Both the position numbers and the translations under genes were made by a program. Below the pieces are notes generated by a model. It was not told where the DNA came from. It ran no database searches and saw only the letters and a list, made by a program, of their open reading frames with translations. A stretch of 64,000 bases of DNA from Spirochaetia bacterium (lineage in GTDB: Bacteria; Spirochaetota; Spirochaetia; SZUA-6; Bin103), in assembly GCA_965199955.1 (NCBI GenBank), contig CBDATQ010000001.1, positions 1,440,001 through 1,504,000 on the forward strand. Reading direction: 5' to 3'. Of the stretch, positions 29,561-40,159 are shown one piece after another (the stretch's first letter is position 1; every line of letters starts with the position of its first letter).

Positions 29561-31207
29561 TCACGGCTGGACGGTCAGGGTCTGGTTCGGCGCCAGGTCG
29601 CGCAGCGCGGTCCGAGTGCCGTCCGGCCAGTCGACGATCAGCTCATCCACGCTCGCCGCCGAGCCCAGACCGAAGTGCGCGGACAGCTCGGAGGCGCCGA
29701 AGAAGCCGCCGGCCCCGACCGGGGCGCGCTGTGTACGGCCGCCGGCAACCACCGTCACGACCGCGCCCCAGCCGTGCGGGGCCAGTCCCGAGCCGTGCGG
29801 CGTCTCCAGGAACACGCGCAGCCAGCCGGCGTCCCCGGCGCCGCTCGGGCCGTCCGGCCCACCCAGGTCGTTGCGGAACAGGGACGGCCGCGCGTCGAAG
29901 TTGAAGATGACGATGTCGCGGTCGCCGTCGTCGTCGTAGTCCAGCGTGATCAGCGCGCGGCCCTGCAGGCGGTGCCGCAGCCCCACGGCGGCGGCGTCGA
30001 CCGGCTCGAACGCCGGCACGCCTTCCGCATCGGCGCCGGTGTTGCGGAACAGGAACGTCGGCTGCTCCTCCCATTCGTAGAGATCGGCTCCGTTCGGCGT
30101 GATCCAGCCGGTGGTGGTGACCAGGTCGCGCAGCCCGTCGTGGTCCAGGTCGACCGCCTCCACGCCCCAGCCCCAGCCGGCGTCGCGCACCTGCGCGGGG
30201 CGGGCCACCTCGTCGAAGCGGTCGCCGCCGGTGTTCAGGTAGAGCATGTTGCCGGTGCCCGGCGTGCGGTCGATCGGCCAGCGCGTGGAGACGCTGGTGA
30301 CGTACCAGTCCAGGCGGCCGTCGCCGTTCAGGTCGGCCACGGCCGAGCCCATGCCGTTCGCCTCGCGGCCGGTCCGGGAGGAGATGGTCCGGTCGGTGAA
30401 GGTGCCGTCGCCCTCGTTGCGGTAGTAGCGGCTCGTGCCGAAGTCGGCGGCCACGATCAGCTCCGGGTAGCGGTCGCCGTTGAGGTCCACGAACTGTGCG
30501 GCAAAGGCCAGCACCAGGTCGTCGGCGACGCCGGCGCGCGCGCCCACCTCCGTGAAGCCGCCGTCGCCGTCGTTGCGGAACAGCACGTTGCCGCGGATGC
30601 CGGACGCCCAGTTGCCCACGAACAGGTCCAGGTCGCCGTCCAGGTCGTAGTCCCCGAAGGCGGCGGCCATGCCGCCGGCGCCGCGGTCGAGGCGGCCGTC
30701 CGGGTCGCGATACGGCGCGCAGCAGGTGAAGGTGCCGTCGCCCTTGCCGCGGTATAGCAGCAGGTGCCCGGGCGGCGGCAACCCCGGCTCCTCCGGGCCG
30801 GCCGAGGGGATGAACAGGTCCAGCGCGCCGTCGCCGTCGAAGTCGGCGGCTGCCGCGCCGTGCGCGCGGTGCACGCGCGCCAGTCCGGCGGGGACGGCCC
30901 GATCGATGAAGGTGCCGTCGCGCCGGTTGATGAACAGGCGATCGCGGGCGCCGCCGCCGGTGGCATAGAAGAGGTCCTGGACGCCGTCGCCGTCGAAGTC
31001 GGCGGCCACACCCCCGGGGGCGTGGGGCGGCGCGGAGAACGCGCCCGGATGCTCCCGGCCCAGGCCGGCCCGCACGCCCACCTCGCTGAACTGCAGCGGC
31101 GGCGTGGCAAACACGGCCGGGGCGCCCGCGAGAACCGCGCAAAGCGCGCCGGCGATCGTGATCCCGATCCAGGGCCAGTGGCGGTGGCGGGCGCCTGGCT
31201 CGATCAA
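29561..31207 (-). CDS. CRTAC1/ASPIC-UnbV FG-GAP repeat protein
   Basis: Multiple DFDGDGxxDL repeats, C-terminal AHFGLG...WPDG; hydrophobic N-terminus; TTG start overlapping upstream TGA is inferred. Confidence 0.85.
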   Translation of the reverse strand: MIEPGARHRHWPWIGITIAGALCAVLAGAPAVFATPPLQFSEVGVRAGLGREHPGAFSAPPHAPGGVAADFDGDGVQDLFYATGGGARDRLFINRRDGTFIDRAVPAGLARVHRAHGAAAADFDGDGALDLFIPSAGPEEPGLPPPGHLLLYRGKGDGTFTCCAPYRDPDGRLDRGAGGMAAAFGDYDLDGDLDLFVGNWASGIRGNVLFRNDGDGGFTEVGARAGVADDLVLAFAAQFVDLNGDRYPELIVAADFGTSRYYRNEGDGTFTDRTISSRTGREANGMGSAVADLNGDGRLDWYVTSVSTRWPIDRTPGTGNMLYLNTGGDRFDEVARPAQVRDAGWGWGVEAVDLDHDGLRDLVTTTGWITPNGADLYEWEEQPTFLFRNTGADAEGVPAFEPVDAAAVGLRHRLQGRALITLDYDDDGDRDIVIFNFDARPSLFRNDLGGPDGPSGAGDAGWLRVFLETPHGSGLAPHGWGAVVTVVAGGRTQRAPVGAGGFFGASELSAHFGLGSAASVDELIVDWPDGTRTALRDLAPNQTLTVQP

Positions 31208-32256
31208 CTCGGCACCGCCCCCAGCTCCTGCTCCAGGCGGCCCAGCACCGCATCGCCGACCGCCGTGGTGGTGGCGTGCCCCTGCAGGTCCGGCGTATGG
31301 GGACCCGCGGCCAGCACCGCCTGCACGGCGCGCTCGATGGCCACGGCGGGGCGGGGACGCCCCAGCGCGTCCAGCAGCATGGCGGCGGCCCGGCACGCCG
31401 CCAGCGGGTTGGCGCGGCCGGTGCCGGTCAGATCGGGGGCGCTGCCGTGCACGGGCTCGGCGATCAGGGTGCCTGCGCCGGCGTTCGCCCCGGCCACCAG
31501 CCCCAGGCCGCCGACCAGCGCGGCGCCGGCGTCACTGATGATGTCCCCGTACAGGTTGGGGGCCAGGATCACGTCATACGACTCCGGCTCACGGATCAGC
31601 CGGTAGAGGTGCGAGTCGACGAGCTGTTCGTCGACGGCTACCTCCGGAAACTCGCGAGCGACGGCGAGAGCCGTCTCGCGGAACAGCCCGTCGGTCAGCC
31701 GCAACACGTTGGCCTTGTGCACGATCGTCACCCGCCCCGCCCCGCCCCGCACCCGCGCGCGATCGGCGGCGTGCCGGAACGCGGCCCGGGCGATCCGCTT
31801 GGTCGCCCGGCGGGAGATCACGCGTTCGGCTACGGCTACGGTCTCTGGCTGCTCCCACCGCTCGCGCCCGGCGTAGAGCCCTTCGGTGTTCTCCCTGACG
31901 ACCAGGATGTCGACCCCGGCAACGCTGCCGGCGACCGGTGCCGACAGCAAAGGCCGAAGGTTGGCGTAGAGGTCCAGCTCCTGCCGCAGGGCGACCACCG
32001 GGCTGCGATAGCCGTCGACGCGTTCCGAGGGGGAGCTGACCGCGCCGAGCAACGCGCCCGCACAGCCGGCCAGAGCGGTCCGGGTGGCATCCGGCAGAGC
32101 ATCTCCGTGCCGCTCGAACGCCGACCAGCCTACCTCCAGCTCGACCAGGTCGATCCCGCCGACGGCCTCCAGGAGCCGCGAGGCCTGGGCGGTCACCTCC
32201 GGCCCGATCCCGTCGCCGGGCAGCAGCGCCACCCGCGCGGGCCCGCCGTCGCTCAT
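31204..32256 (-). CDS. Homoisocitrate dehydrogenase (isocitrate/isopropylmalate dehydrogenase family)
   Basis: [55 protein letters not shown]; operon context. Confidence 0.8.
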   Translation of the reverse strand: MSDGGPARVALLPGDGIGPEVTAQASRLLEAVGGIDLVELEVGWSAFERHGDALPDATRTALAGCAGALLGAVSSPSERVDGYRSPVVALRQELDLYANLRPLLSAPVAGSVAGVDILVVRENTEGLYAGRERWEQPETVAVAERVISRRATKRIARAAFRHAADRARVRGGAGRVTIVHKANVLRLTDGLFRETALAVAREFPEVAVDEQLVDSHLYRLIREPESYDVILAPNLYGDIISDAGAALVGGLGLVAGANAGAGTLIAEPVHGSAPDLTGTGRANPLAACRAAAMLLDALGRPRPAVAIERAVQAVLAAGPHTPDLQGHATTTAVGDAVLGRLEQELGAVPS

Positions 32257-32741
32257 CGGGCGAGCCGGGCGCGCACGAACGGAATGAGGCCGCCGACGTC
32301 CAGGATCCGCTGCACGCCCTCGCTGAATGGCGGGAACCGGTAGCACGCGGTTCCGCTGCGGATGATCGACTCCTCGACCAGCACCTCCGCGCTCTCGCCG
32401 CCGGCGACCGCGGCCACCGCTTCCGGGCAGACGACGGCGGGCAGCCCGTTGTTGATGCAGTTGCGATAAAAGATCCGCGCGAAGCTCACGGCAACGACGG
32501 CGGCGATGCCGTTGGCCACCAGGCAGGTGACCGCCTGTTCGCGGCTGGACCCGCACCCGAAGTTCCGGCCGGCGAGGATCACGTCCCCCGTCCGGACCTG
32601 GCGGGCGAAGTCGGGGTCGAGATCCTCCAGGGCGTGAGACTTGATCTCGTCGACCGACCGGAGCGTGTAGGTGTACTTCCCGGGGAAGATGACGTCCGTG
32701 TTGACGTCATCGCCGTACTTCCAGACCCGGCCTGCCGCCAC
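32253..32741 (-). CDS. Homoaconitase small subunit (LeuD/HacB family)
   Basis: [33 protein letters not shown]. Confidence 0.85.
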   Translation of the reverse strand: MAAGRVWKYGDDVNTDVIFPGKYTYTLRSVDEIKSHALEDLDPDFARQVRTGDVILAGRNFGCGSSREQAVTCLVANGIAAVVAVSFARIFYRNCINNGLPAVVCPEAVAAVAGGESAEVLVEESIIRSGTACYRFPPFSEGVQRILDVGGLIPFVRARLAR

Positions 32742-32742
32742 G

Positions 32743-34038
32743 TCAGTCGGCGCCCACCGCGTCGGGCGCGCAGATCCGGCCGGCCACGGCGCTGGCGGCG
32801 ACCACGGCCGGCGAGCCCAGGTAGATCTCGGCGTCCGGGGTGCCCATCCTGCCCCGGAAGTTCCGGTTGCCGCTCGAGATGCACACCTCGCCGGGCGCCA
32901 GCACGCCGAGGTGGTTGCCCATGCACGGTCCGCACCCCGGCGTCCCGAAGACGGCGCCGGCGGCCATCAGATCCGACGCCAAGCCGGCGCGCACGGCGTC
33001 CTCCAGCACGCGGCTCGACGCCGGCACGATGAGCAGCCGCGTGCCGGCGGCGATCCTGCGGCCGCGCAGGACGCGGTGGACGGCCTGCAGGTCCTCCAGC
33101 CTGCCGTTGGTGCAGGTGCCGATGAAGGCCTGGTCGACCCGCACGGCGCCGAGCTCGTCGACGGCCACGACGTCGTCCACCCGGTGCGGGCGCGCCACCA
33201 TCGGCCGCAGATCCGACGCGTCGACCACCACGCGCATCGCATAGACCGCGTCGGGATCGGGATACAGCGCCGTCCGCCCTAACTCCTCGGGGCTCCGGCC
33301 ACTCGCCGCCGCCAGGAAGTCGAAAACCGGCCGATCCGGCGGCAGGTACGTACACTTGACGCCCATCTCCGCCATCATGTTGGCAAGGCTCGTCCGCGAC
33401 TCGAGGCTCAACGTGGCGAGTCCGTCGCCGACGAACTCCACGCTGCGGTAGAGTCCGCCGTCCGCTCCCAGCCGCGACAGCAGGTGCAGGGCGATGTCCT
33501 TGCCGGTGACCGAGGGCGGCACCGGGCCGTCGATCGTCACCTGCAGCGACTCCGGCACGCGCAGCCACAGTTCCCCGGTGGCCCACAAGCACGCCACCTC
33601 GCTTCGCCCGACTCCCGCGCCGAAGGCCCCCATCCATCCGAAGTGCGGCGTGTGGCTGTCGGCGCCCAGGATGAGCTGGCCGGGCAGCACGAGCGCCTCC
33701 TCGCTCAGCACCTGGTGGCAGATGCCGCGCCCCACCTCGAAGAAGTGCCGGACGCCCTGCTCGCGGACGAACCGGCGCACCTCCGCGTGGTTACGCGCGT
33801 GCGCGGTGCTGGGCGCGGGCACCGCGTGGTCCAGCGTGATCGCCATCCGCTCCGGGATGACCACGCGTTCCTGTCCGAGCTCCATCCAGATCTTGCGGAT
33901 GGCGGCGGTGTTGTCGTGGCTCAGCACCACGTCCGGCCGCGTATCCACGACCTGCCCGACCTCCACCGAGCCGGCGCCGGCCGCGCGCGCGAGTGCCTTT
34001 TGCGCGAATGTCTGGGCGGACTTCTGCACGCCGCTCAT
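32743..34038 (-). CDS. Homoaconitase large subunit (LeuC/HacA family)
   Basis: [39 protein letters not shown]. Confidence 0.9.
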   Translation of the reverse strand: MSGVQKSAQTFAQKALARAAGAGSVEVGQVVDTRPDVVLSHDNTAAIRKIWMELGQERVVIPERMAITLDHAVPAPSTAHARNHAEVRRFVREQGVRHFFEVGRGICHQVLSEEALVLPGQLILGADSHTPHFGWMGAFGAGVGRSEVACLWATGELWLRVPESLQVTIDGPVPPSVTGKDIALHLLSRLGADGGLYRSVEFVGDGLATLSLESRTSLANMMAEMGVKCTYLPPDRPVFDFLAAASGRSPEELGRTALYPDPDAVYAMRVVVDASDLRPMVARPHRVDDVVAVDELGAVRVDQAFIGTCTNGRLEDLQAVHRVLRGRRIAAGTRLLIVPASSRVLEDAVRAGLASDLMAAGAVFGTPGCGPCMGNHLGVLAPGEVCISSGNRNFRGRMGTPDAEIYLGSPAVVAASAVAGRICAPDAVGAD

Positions 34039-35183
34039 GGCTCCCCGCCGTCCTCCACGCCCTGTGCGGCCCGCAGGAGCGCATCGACGTCGTCCAGGCT
34101 CAGCGGCTTGTCGTCCGCCATGCGCTTGATCCGCGACGTCAGGCTGCGGATCTGGTCGTCGCCGAGATCGAGCTGGAGCTGCTGCGCCCGGTGCTTGATC
34201 GCGTTCCAGCCGGTGAGGCGGTGCGCCACGTGGATGTACCGGTCCATGCCGAAGTCGCCGGGATCGAGGATCTCGTACGTGCTGGGATTATTGAGCATCG
34301 CCTTGGCGTGGATACCTGCCTTGTGCATGAACGCCGCGTAGCCGGTGATGTAGTTGTTGAACGGCACGTCGATGCCGACCAGGTCGGCGACGAGGTTCTC
34401 CACGCGCCGGAGCACCGGCAGGCGGTAGCGGGTGCGCACCAGGTCCGCGTCATGGGCGTACATACGGGCCAGGAATCCACCGAGCGGCGTGATCCCGTTG
34501 CGCTCGCCGATGCCCAGCACGGAGGCGTCGACGTGCGTCGCCCCGGCCGCCAGCGCCGCGTAGGCGTTGGCGACCGCGCAGCCGGTGTCGTTGTGGCCGT
34601 GGAACTCGATGTTGCAGGTGACGATGCCGCGCAGGGTGCGCACGACCTCGTGCACGCGCAGCGGGTCCGCCACGCCCACCGAGTCGGCGATGCCGACGCG
34701 CGACACGCCGACCTTGTCCACCTCGCGGTAGATGGTGAGCAGGTCGATCAGGTCGCTGCGGAAGCTGTCCTCGCTGGAGAACCTGACCTCAAGGCCGTGG
34801 CCCTTGATGAACTCGATCACCTCGACGGCCGCCTCGATGATTTCGCCGATGTCGCGGCCGTGGGAGAACTGGCGGAGCAGGCTGGAGGTCCCGAACAGGA
34901 CGTCCAGGCCGTCGACGCCGGTCTCCACGGCGAGCCGGGCGTCGTCCATGTGGCAGCGGGTGTGGGTGAGCACCTTCGCCTTCAGGCCGAGCCCGGTGAT
35001 GCGCTCGCAGTCGCGCCGGGAGCCGGGGCTGGCGGCGGGCGAGGTCAGCTCCAGGTACTCGACGCCCAGCTCGTCCAGGAGGGTGGCGATCTCCACCTTG
35101 TCGTCCGTCGTGAAGAACGCGTTGGCGAACTGCTCGCCCTCGCGCAGGGTCGACTCGATGATCGCGAAGTTGTCCAGGCTCAT
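34035..35183 (-). CDS. Homocitrate synthase (Lys20/Lys21 type)
   Basis: [64 protein letters not shown]. Confidence 0.9.
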   Translation of the reverse strand: MSLDNFAIIESTLREGEQFANAFFTTDDKVEIATLLDELGVEYLELTSPAASPGSRRDCERITGLGLKAKVLTHTRCHMDDARLAVETGVDGLDVLFGTSSLLRQFSHGRDIGEIIEAAVEVIEFIKGHGLEVRFSSEDSFRSDLIDLLTIYREVDKVGVSRVGIADSVGVADPLRVHEVVRTLRGIVTCNIEFHGHNDTGCAVANAYAALAAGATHVDASVLGIGERNGITPLGGFLARMYAHDADLVRTRYRLPVLRRVENLVADLVGIDVPFNNYITGYAAFMHKAGIHAKAMLNNPSTYEILDPGDFGMDRYIHVAHRLTGWNAIKHRAQQLQLDLGDDQIRSLTSRIKRMADDKPLSLDDVDALLRAAQGVEDGGEP

Positions 35184-35295
35184 GGTGACGGGCGTCCGGC
35201 AACCGGCGGCAACCCCATCACGGTGGCACGGGCCGCAGGCCCCCGATACGATGCGCCCGACGATAGCATGCGACGATGATTCGCAGGAGGAGCCG

Positions 35296-36732
35296 ATGGC
35301 GACAATCAAAGGGGTGATCATCGATCAGACGAGCGGCCAACCCGCCGCCTGCACCGTGCACGTGCTGTCATCGAACGGGGCGTTCATCCACCCGGACGGG
35401 GCGGTCCTCAAGGTGGGACCCGGCACCCCGGCGTTCTACTGCGACGGCTCGTTCGAGGTCACGGTCCCGACCGGCGGCGTACGGGTGCTGGTCGAGCGCG
35501 GCACCGAGTACGTGCCGCTGAAACGCAACCTTACCGTCACCGAGACGCAGACCGTCGACCTGGAGCTGCCGCTGCAGCGGTGGAGCCATCTGACCGAGCA
35601 GGGCTGGTACCCGGGCAACACCCATATCCACTACGACGAGAAGGAGCAGCAGCGCGACGGCCGGCTGGCGCTGGAGGGCCACGTGCACGACTTCTCGGTC
35701 ACGGTGGTCAGCGTGCTGCGGCGCTGGGAACTCGACTACGCCAGCAACCACTTTCCGATCGGGGTGATGACCGACCTGAGCACCTCCCATCACGTCGTCG
35801 ACATCGGCGAGGAGAACCGCCACAACTTCCACGGCGGGGAGATCGGCTACGGCCACGTGATGTTCCTGCGCATCCGCAACCTGGTGGAGCCGGTCAGCCG
35901 CGGCATGCTGGTCGACAACCTCGACCCCGACTACCCGCCGATCTGTCACGCCTGCGACGACGCGCGCGACCAGGACGGCATCGTCCTCTGGTGCCACAAC
36001 GGCCGCGGCCTGGAGGCGCCGGTCGCCGCCGCCTTGGGCAAGCTGGACGGCTTCAACCTGTTCGATCCGTTCTGGATGGACCCCGAGTACGAGATCTGGT
36101 ACCGGCTGCTGAACTGCGGCATCCCGCTGCCGGCCAGCACCGGCTCGGACTGGTTCGTCTGCTCCAACAACCGCGTCTACGTCGACACCGGCGGCCAGGG
36201 TTTCGACTACGACCGCTGGATCGACGGACTGAAGGCCGGCCGCACCTTCATCACCAACGGGCCGACGCTGTTCCTGCGCGCCGACGGCGCCGCTCCCGGC
36301 GACACGCTGGACGTGCAACCCGACCGGGAGCTGGAGGTGGAGGTGGAGCTCAAGAGCCATCACCGCGTCGACCGCATTGAGCTGGTATGCAACGGCGCGG
36401 TGGTCAAACGCTGGCACCGGCCGGCCGGCGTCGCCGCCGAGACGATCCGCGAGCGGTTCGCCCCGCCGGGCGACGGCTGGGTCGCGGCGCGCTGCTACAG
36501 CCACGTGCGCGACAGCTACGACCAGGAGATCTTCGCCCACACCAGTCCGATCTACCTGCGCTGCGGCACGCCGAACCGGGCCGCGAAGCCCGACGCCGCG
36601 TACTTCGTCGACGGGATCGACGTGGCGCTGAACCAATGGGTGAGCCACAAGCTGCGCTATGGCTCGGACCGCCAGCGCGAGGACGTGCGCGAGCTGTTCA
36701 AGCGCGGCCGCGGCTTCTTCGAGGGAGTGTGA
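35296..36732 (+). CDS. CehA/McbA-family (PHP-like) metallohydrolase
   Basis: [49 protein letters not shown]. Confidence 0.75.
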   Translation: MATIKGVIIDQTSGQPAACTVHVLSSNGAFIHPDGAVLKVGPGTPAFYCDGSFEVTVPTGGVRVLVERGTEYVPLKRNLTVTETQTVDLELPLQRWSHLTEQGWYPGNTHIHYDEKEQQRDGRLALEGHVHDFSVTVVSVLRRWELDYASNHFPIGVMTDLSTSHHVVDIGEENRHNFHGGEIGYGHVMFLRIRNLVEPVSRGMLVDNLDPDYPPICHACDDARDQDGIVLWCHNGRGLEAPVAAALGKLDGFNLFDPFWMDPEYEIWYRLLNCGIPLPASTGSDWFVCSNNRVYVDTGGQGFDYDRWIDGLKAGRTFITNGPTLFLRADGAAPGDTLDVQPDRELEVEVELKSHHRVDRIELVCNGAVVKRWHRPAGVAAETIRERFAPPGDGWVAARCYSHVRDSYDQEIFAHTSPIYLRCGTPNRAAKPDAAYFVDGIDVALNQWVSHKLRYGSDRQREDVRELFKRGRGFFEGV

Positions 36733-36734
36733 CG

Positions 36735-38390
36735 ATGGCGGGAGAGAAGCCGCGCGGGCGGCTGGCGCGGAACTACCGGCTGACCTGGGTCGACGACTCA
36801 GGGTTCACGGCGAGCGTGATCAATCCGCCGGTGAGCCCGGCGCGGCTGGCCCACCTGACGGTGGGCGGGCTGGCCGGCACGCCGGTGGATGCGTTCGTGG
36901 CCACCGTCGGCCAGTGTGCCGGCTACACGCTGTCCTATCCGACGAAGGTGGAAGGCATGGAGTTCCTGGTCGACCGCCTGAACGCGGGCGCCGCGCTGGG
37001 CGGCGGCGTTCAGTGGCGGAGCGCGGAGAACCTGCGCCGGCTGTGGGCCGACGGCCACGACCCCGTGCGCATCGTGATGGACGAGGCGCACCGGCTGGGC
37101 ATGGACTTCTGGCTGCAGCTCCGCATGAACGACTGGCACCACGTCGACAGCGAGGGCAAGGTCTACCGGCTGATCGGCAGCGACTACTACGAGAGCCACC
37201 CCGAGCTGCTGATCGGCGCGGAGGGCGTGGCCGGCTGGCCGGAGTCGCTGCAGGAGTCGCTGGCCTGGTTCCAGGATTTCGCCCACGAGAAGGTGCGCCG
37301 CATCCGCCTGGACACCGCCACCGAAGCGATCGAGCGCTACGACGCCGAGGGCTGGGAATACGACTTCATGCGCTGCCCGGGACTGTTCGCGTACGGCCGG
37401 GAGCGCGCCAACGCCCACTTGGTCACGGAGCTGATCCGCGACACGTGGCGGATGCTGGACGAGGTCGGCCGCGCGCGCGGCAAGACGCTGGGCCTGTCGG
37501 TACGCGTGCCCAACACCATTGCCGGGGCCACCATGCTCGGCCTGGACGTCGAGGAATGGGTCGCCGACCACTTGGTCGACATCGTCGTGCCGTCGACCTT
37601 CTTCGCCCAGGACACGGAGGAGGACATGCGCGAGTGGGTGAAGCTGGCGGCCGGCACGCCGGTGCTGGTCCATCCCGCGATCGAGGAGGGCTTCATCACC
37701 GGCAAGCGCACCGGCTACGGCATCCCCTACTACCAGGTGCAGTCCGACCCGATGCAGGCGATGACCGTGGAGATGATCCGGGGTATCGCGGCCCGCCACC
37801 ACGCCGCCGGCGTGCACGGCCTGTACCTGTTCAACTATCAAGGCACCTGGACGACCTACGGGTACGACAACAGCCCCGCGCTCGACGACATGGCTTCGCC
37901 GCTGCGGCTGCGCTTCAAGGACAAGCGCTACGTCGTGATGCGCCGCAACGGCTCGTTCCCGAACTGCTTCCCTCAGGAGCGCCGGATTCCGGTCGAGCTG
38001 GGGCCCGGACCGGTCGAGATCGACATCGAGATCGCCGACGACTTCGCCGACGCCGGCGCTCGGCTGCGCTCCGTTCACCTGAAGCTGCTGCTGGTCGAGC
38101 CGTGCCACGAGGACCGGCTGGAGGTGCGCCTGAACGGCGGCGAGCCGCTGCCGATCGCCAACCCCATGGCCGCCGGCCGGGCCGCGCCTTTCGAGCGCGC
38201 ATGGGCGGTGTTCGACCTCACGCCGTCCCCGCCCCGTGTCGGCGTCAACCGGATCAGCGTGCGGGTGGAGCGCCACCCGCGCCTGGCCAAGGAGTTGCCG
38301 CTGGTGCTCAGCGACATGGAGATCGACGTCTCCTACCGCTACCCGAACGGCCCCTGGATCCCGCCCCCCGGCTTCAAGCCGCGGACGTAG
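36735..38390 (+). CDS. Uncharacterised GHL10-like TIM-barrel protein
   Basis: LRMNDWHH, DFAHEKVR, EYDFMR, GLDVEEW, GLYLFN. Confidence 0.6.
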   Translation: MAGEKPRGRLARNYRLTWVDDSGFTASVINPPVSPARLAHLTVGGLAGTPVDAFVATVGQCAGYTLSYPTKVEGMEFLVDRLNAGAALGGGVQWRSAENLRRLWADGHDPVRIVMDEAHRLGMDFWLQLRMNDWHHVDSEGKVYRLIGSDYYESHPELLIGAEGVAGWPESLQESLAWFQDFAHEKVRRIRLDTATEAIERYDAEGWEYDFMRCPGLFAYGRERANAHLVTELIRDTWRMLDEVGRARGKTLGLSVRVPNTIAGATMLGLDVEEWVADHLVDIVVPSTFFAQDTEEDMREWVKLAAGTPVLVHPAIEEGFITGKRTGYGIPYYQVQSDPMQAMTVEMIRGIAARHHAAGVHGLYLFNYQGTWTTYGYDNSPALDDMASPLRLRFKDKRYVVMRRNGSFPNCFPQERRIPVELGPGPVEIDIEIADDFADAGARLRSVHLKLLLVEPCHEDRLEVRLNGGEPLPIANPMAAGRAAPFERAWAVFDLTPSPPRVGVNRISVRVERHPRLAKELPLVLSDMEIDVSYRYPNGPWIPPPGFKPRT

Positions 38391-38398
38391 GAGGACAC

Positions 38399-38438
38399 GT
38401 GAACCAGAAGATCCGGCAGTGAACCAGAAGATCCGGCA
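38399..38438 (+). repeat. Perfect 20-bp tandem duplication
   Basis: GTGAACCAGAAGATCCGGCA x2. Confidence 0.9.
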
Positions 38439-38775
38439 GGGGCTGGGGCAACCGTCAGCCGGACACGTGACTCCGCCGAGGACCAGGCCTCATCACTTCG
38501 GAGTTCGGCCCGGAGTGGACCTCGACAGCTCAACCAACTGGCCGACGAGTTGGAGGCGGAAGCGTTCGTCGCGCGCTACAACGGGAAGACCGGACTCGGT
38601 TGATCCCAACCTCCTCATCCATGCTCACAATGCGACTCGCCGGCGCACGATGCGGCTCGGCGCAGGCAACCTCACCACGGACGCTCACCTGGCCGCCCTG
38701 GCGATCGGCCGAGGGTACGAACTGCACAGCACGGACACGGACTACGCCCGGTTTCCGGCGCCTGAAGTGGCGGTT
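38419..38775 (+). pseudogene. Decayed VapBC toxin-antitoxin pair
   Basis: Antitoxin-like RPHHFGVRPGVDLD/LNQLADELEAE (frameshifted); PIN motifs VDPNLLIHAHN and GNLTTDAHLAALA...LHSTDTDYARF with the middle missing. Confidence 0.7.
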
Positions 38776-38917
38776 CGGTCCGGCGGCGGCGGAGCGGTTG
38801 TCGGCGGTGCTCGCCGGCGTGACCGACGCGGATCGCCTCGCTGAAGCGGGCGAGTGGATCGTGGACTGCGCTACGACTGCCGATTTCCTGGCCCGCGTGA
38901 GCGGCGCCGGCGCGTAG
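38770..38917 (+). pseudogene. C-terminal tail of an Rpn/transposase-like protein
   Basis: RFGPAAAERLSAVLAGVTDADRLAEAGEWIVDCATTADFLARV. Confidence 0.5.
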
Positions 38918-38924
38918 CCCCAGC

Positions 38925-39097
38925 GGCGATGCACGCATGAATGTCCTCGGCCGTCAGATCAGGGTAGTAGTCACGAGTGATCTGACTGAACGGAAGGCCC
39001 TCATCGACCAGTGCGAGGACGTCGTGCACCGTAATGCGCGTCCCGGCGACGCACGGTTGCCGAAGTGCACCGTGGAGTCGACGGCGATACGGTCCAT
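38925..39097 (-). pseudogene. DUF433 antitoxin-like gene, frameshifted
   Basis: MDRIAVDSTVHFG / PCVAGTRITVHDVLALVDEG...DYYPDLTAEDIHACI; one base missing near 39058. Confidence 0.8.
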
Positions 39098-39111
39098 CTC
39101 GGCGGGGCGCA

Positions 39112-40140
39112 CTACGCTTCGCCGAGCAGTTCCCGCTCGCCCTTCAGGTGTAACTCGTCGGCGAAGTGGCAGGCGGAGAGGTGCCCGTCGCCGCCGACCG
39201 GCGCGAGAGGGGGCAGTTCCTGCTCGCAGATCGGCTGCCGGTACGGGCAGCGCGTGTGGAACGGGCAGCCGCTCGGCACCTTCGCGACCTCGGGTATCTC
39301 TCCTTCCAGGATGATGCGCTCCAGCGGGCGGTGCGGATTGGGCTGCGGGATGCCGGAGAAGAGCGCCTCCGTGTAGGGGTGCTTGGGGCGCAGGAAGATC
39401 TCGCGGCGCTCTCCCACCTCCACGAAGTGGCCGAGGTACATCACCGCGACGCGGTCGGTCATGTGCCGGATCACGCTGAGGTCGTGCGTGACGAACAGCA
39501 CGGTGAGGTGCAGATCGCGCTGCAGGTCCAGGAGCAGGTTGAGGATCTGCGCCTGCACGGAGACGTCCAGCGCGGAGGTAGGCTCGTCGGCCAGCAGCAG
39601 TTGCGGGTCGAGCGCCAGCGCGCGCGCCACGCCGATGCGCTGCCGCTGGCCGCCGGAGAAGGCGTAGGGGTAGCGGTTGAGCTGCTCCGGCTGCAGTCCC
39701 ACTATGCGCATGAGCCGCTTCACCGCGTCGTCGAGCTCGCCGCCTTTCACGCCGCCGTTCACCATCAGCGGCTCGCCGATGATCCGGCGCACGGTCATGC
39801 GCGGATTGAGGGACGACTCCGGGTCCTGGAAGACCACGCGGATCCTGCGCCGCACGGCCTTGAGCGCATCGCGGTCGGCCGTCACGACGTCGATCGGTTC
39901 GGCGTCGTGGGGACGGAACACGATGTGGCCGTCGGTGGGCTCCACGGCACGAACCAGCAGCCGCAGCACCGTGGTCTTGCCGGACCCGCTCTCGCCGACC
40001 AGGCCCAGCGTCTCGCCGCGCTGCACCTGGAAGCTCACGTCGTCCACCGCGCGGATCCAGCCCACAGTGTGCTTGAGGATCCCGCGCTTGATCGGAAAGT
40101 ATTTCTTCAGGCCGCGGACGGTGAGGACGTCCGGTGCCAT
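39112..40140 (-). CDS. ABC ATPase, OppF type
   Basis: RAVDDVSF, GESGSGKT, FSGGQRQR, ADEPT, GCPFHTRC. Confidence 0.92.
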   Translation of the reverse strand: MAPDVLTVRGLKKYFPIKRGILKHTVGWIRAVDDVSFQVQRGETLGLVGESGSGKTTVLRLLVRAVEPTDGHIVFRPHDAEPIDVVTADRDALKAVRRRIRVVFQDPESSLNPRMTVRRIIGEPLMVNGGVKGGELDDAVKRLMRIVGLQPEQLNRYPYAFSGGQRQRIGVARALALDPQLLLADEPTSALDVSVQAQILNLLLDLQRDLHLTVLFVTHDLSVIRHMTDRVAVMYLGHFVEVGERREIFLRPKHPYTEALFSGIPQPNPHRPLERIILEGEIPEVAKVPSGCPFHTRCPYRQPICEQELPPLAPVGGDGHLSACHFADELHLKGERELLGEA

Positions 40141-40159
40141 TTCGGCGGAGCCGTTGGGG

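Noticed and set aside
31204..35183. Leucine biosynthesis operon leuABCD
   Set aside because: The synthase lacks the LeuA regulatory domain and has homocitrate synthase motifs; the dehydrogenase substrate loop is the homoisocitrate type
38399..38438. Direct repeats as a possible CRISPR remnant
   Set aside because: Two adjacent copies, no spacers, no cas genes
38937..39314. 125 aa plus-strand ORF
   Set aside because: Antisense to the DUF433 pseudogene and the end of oppF
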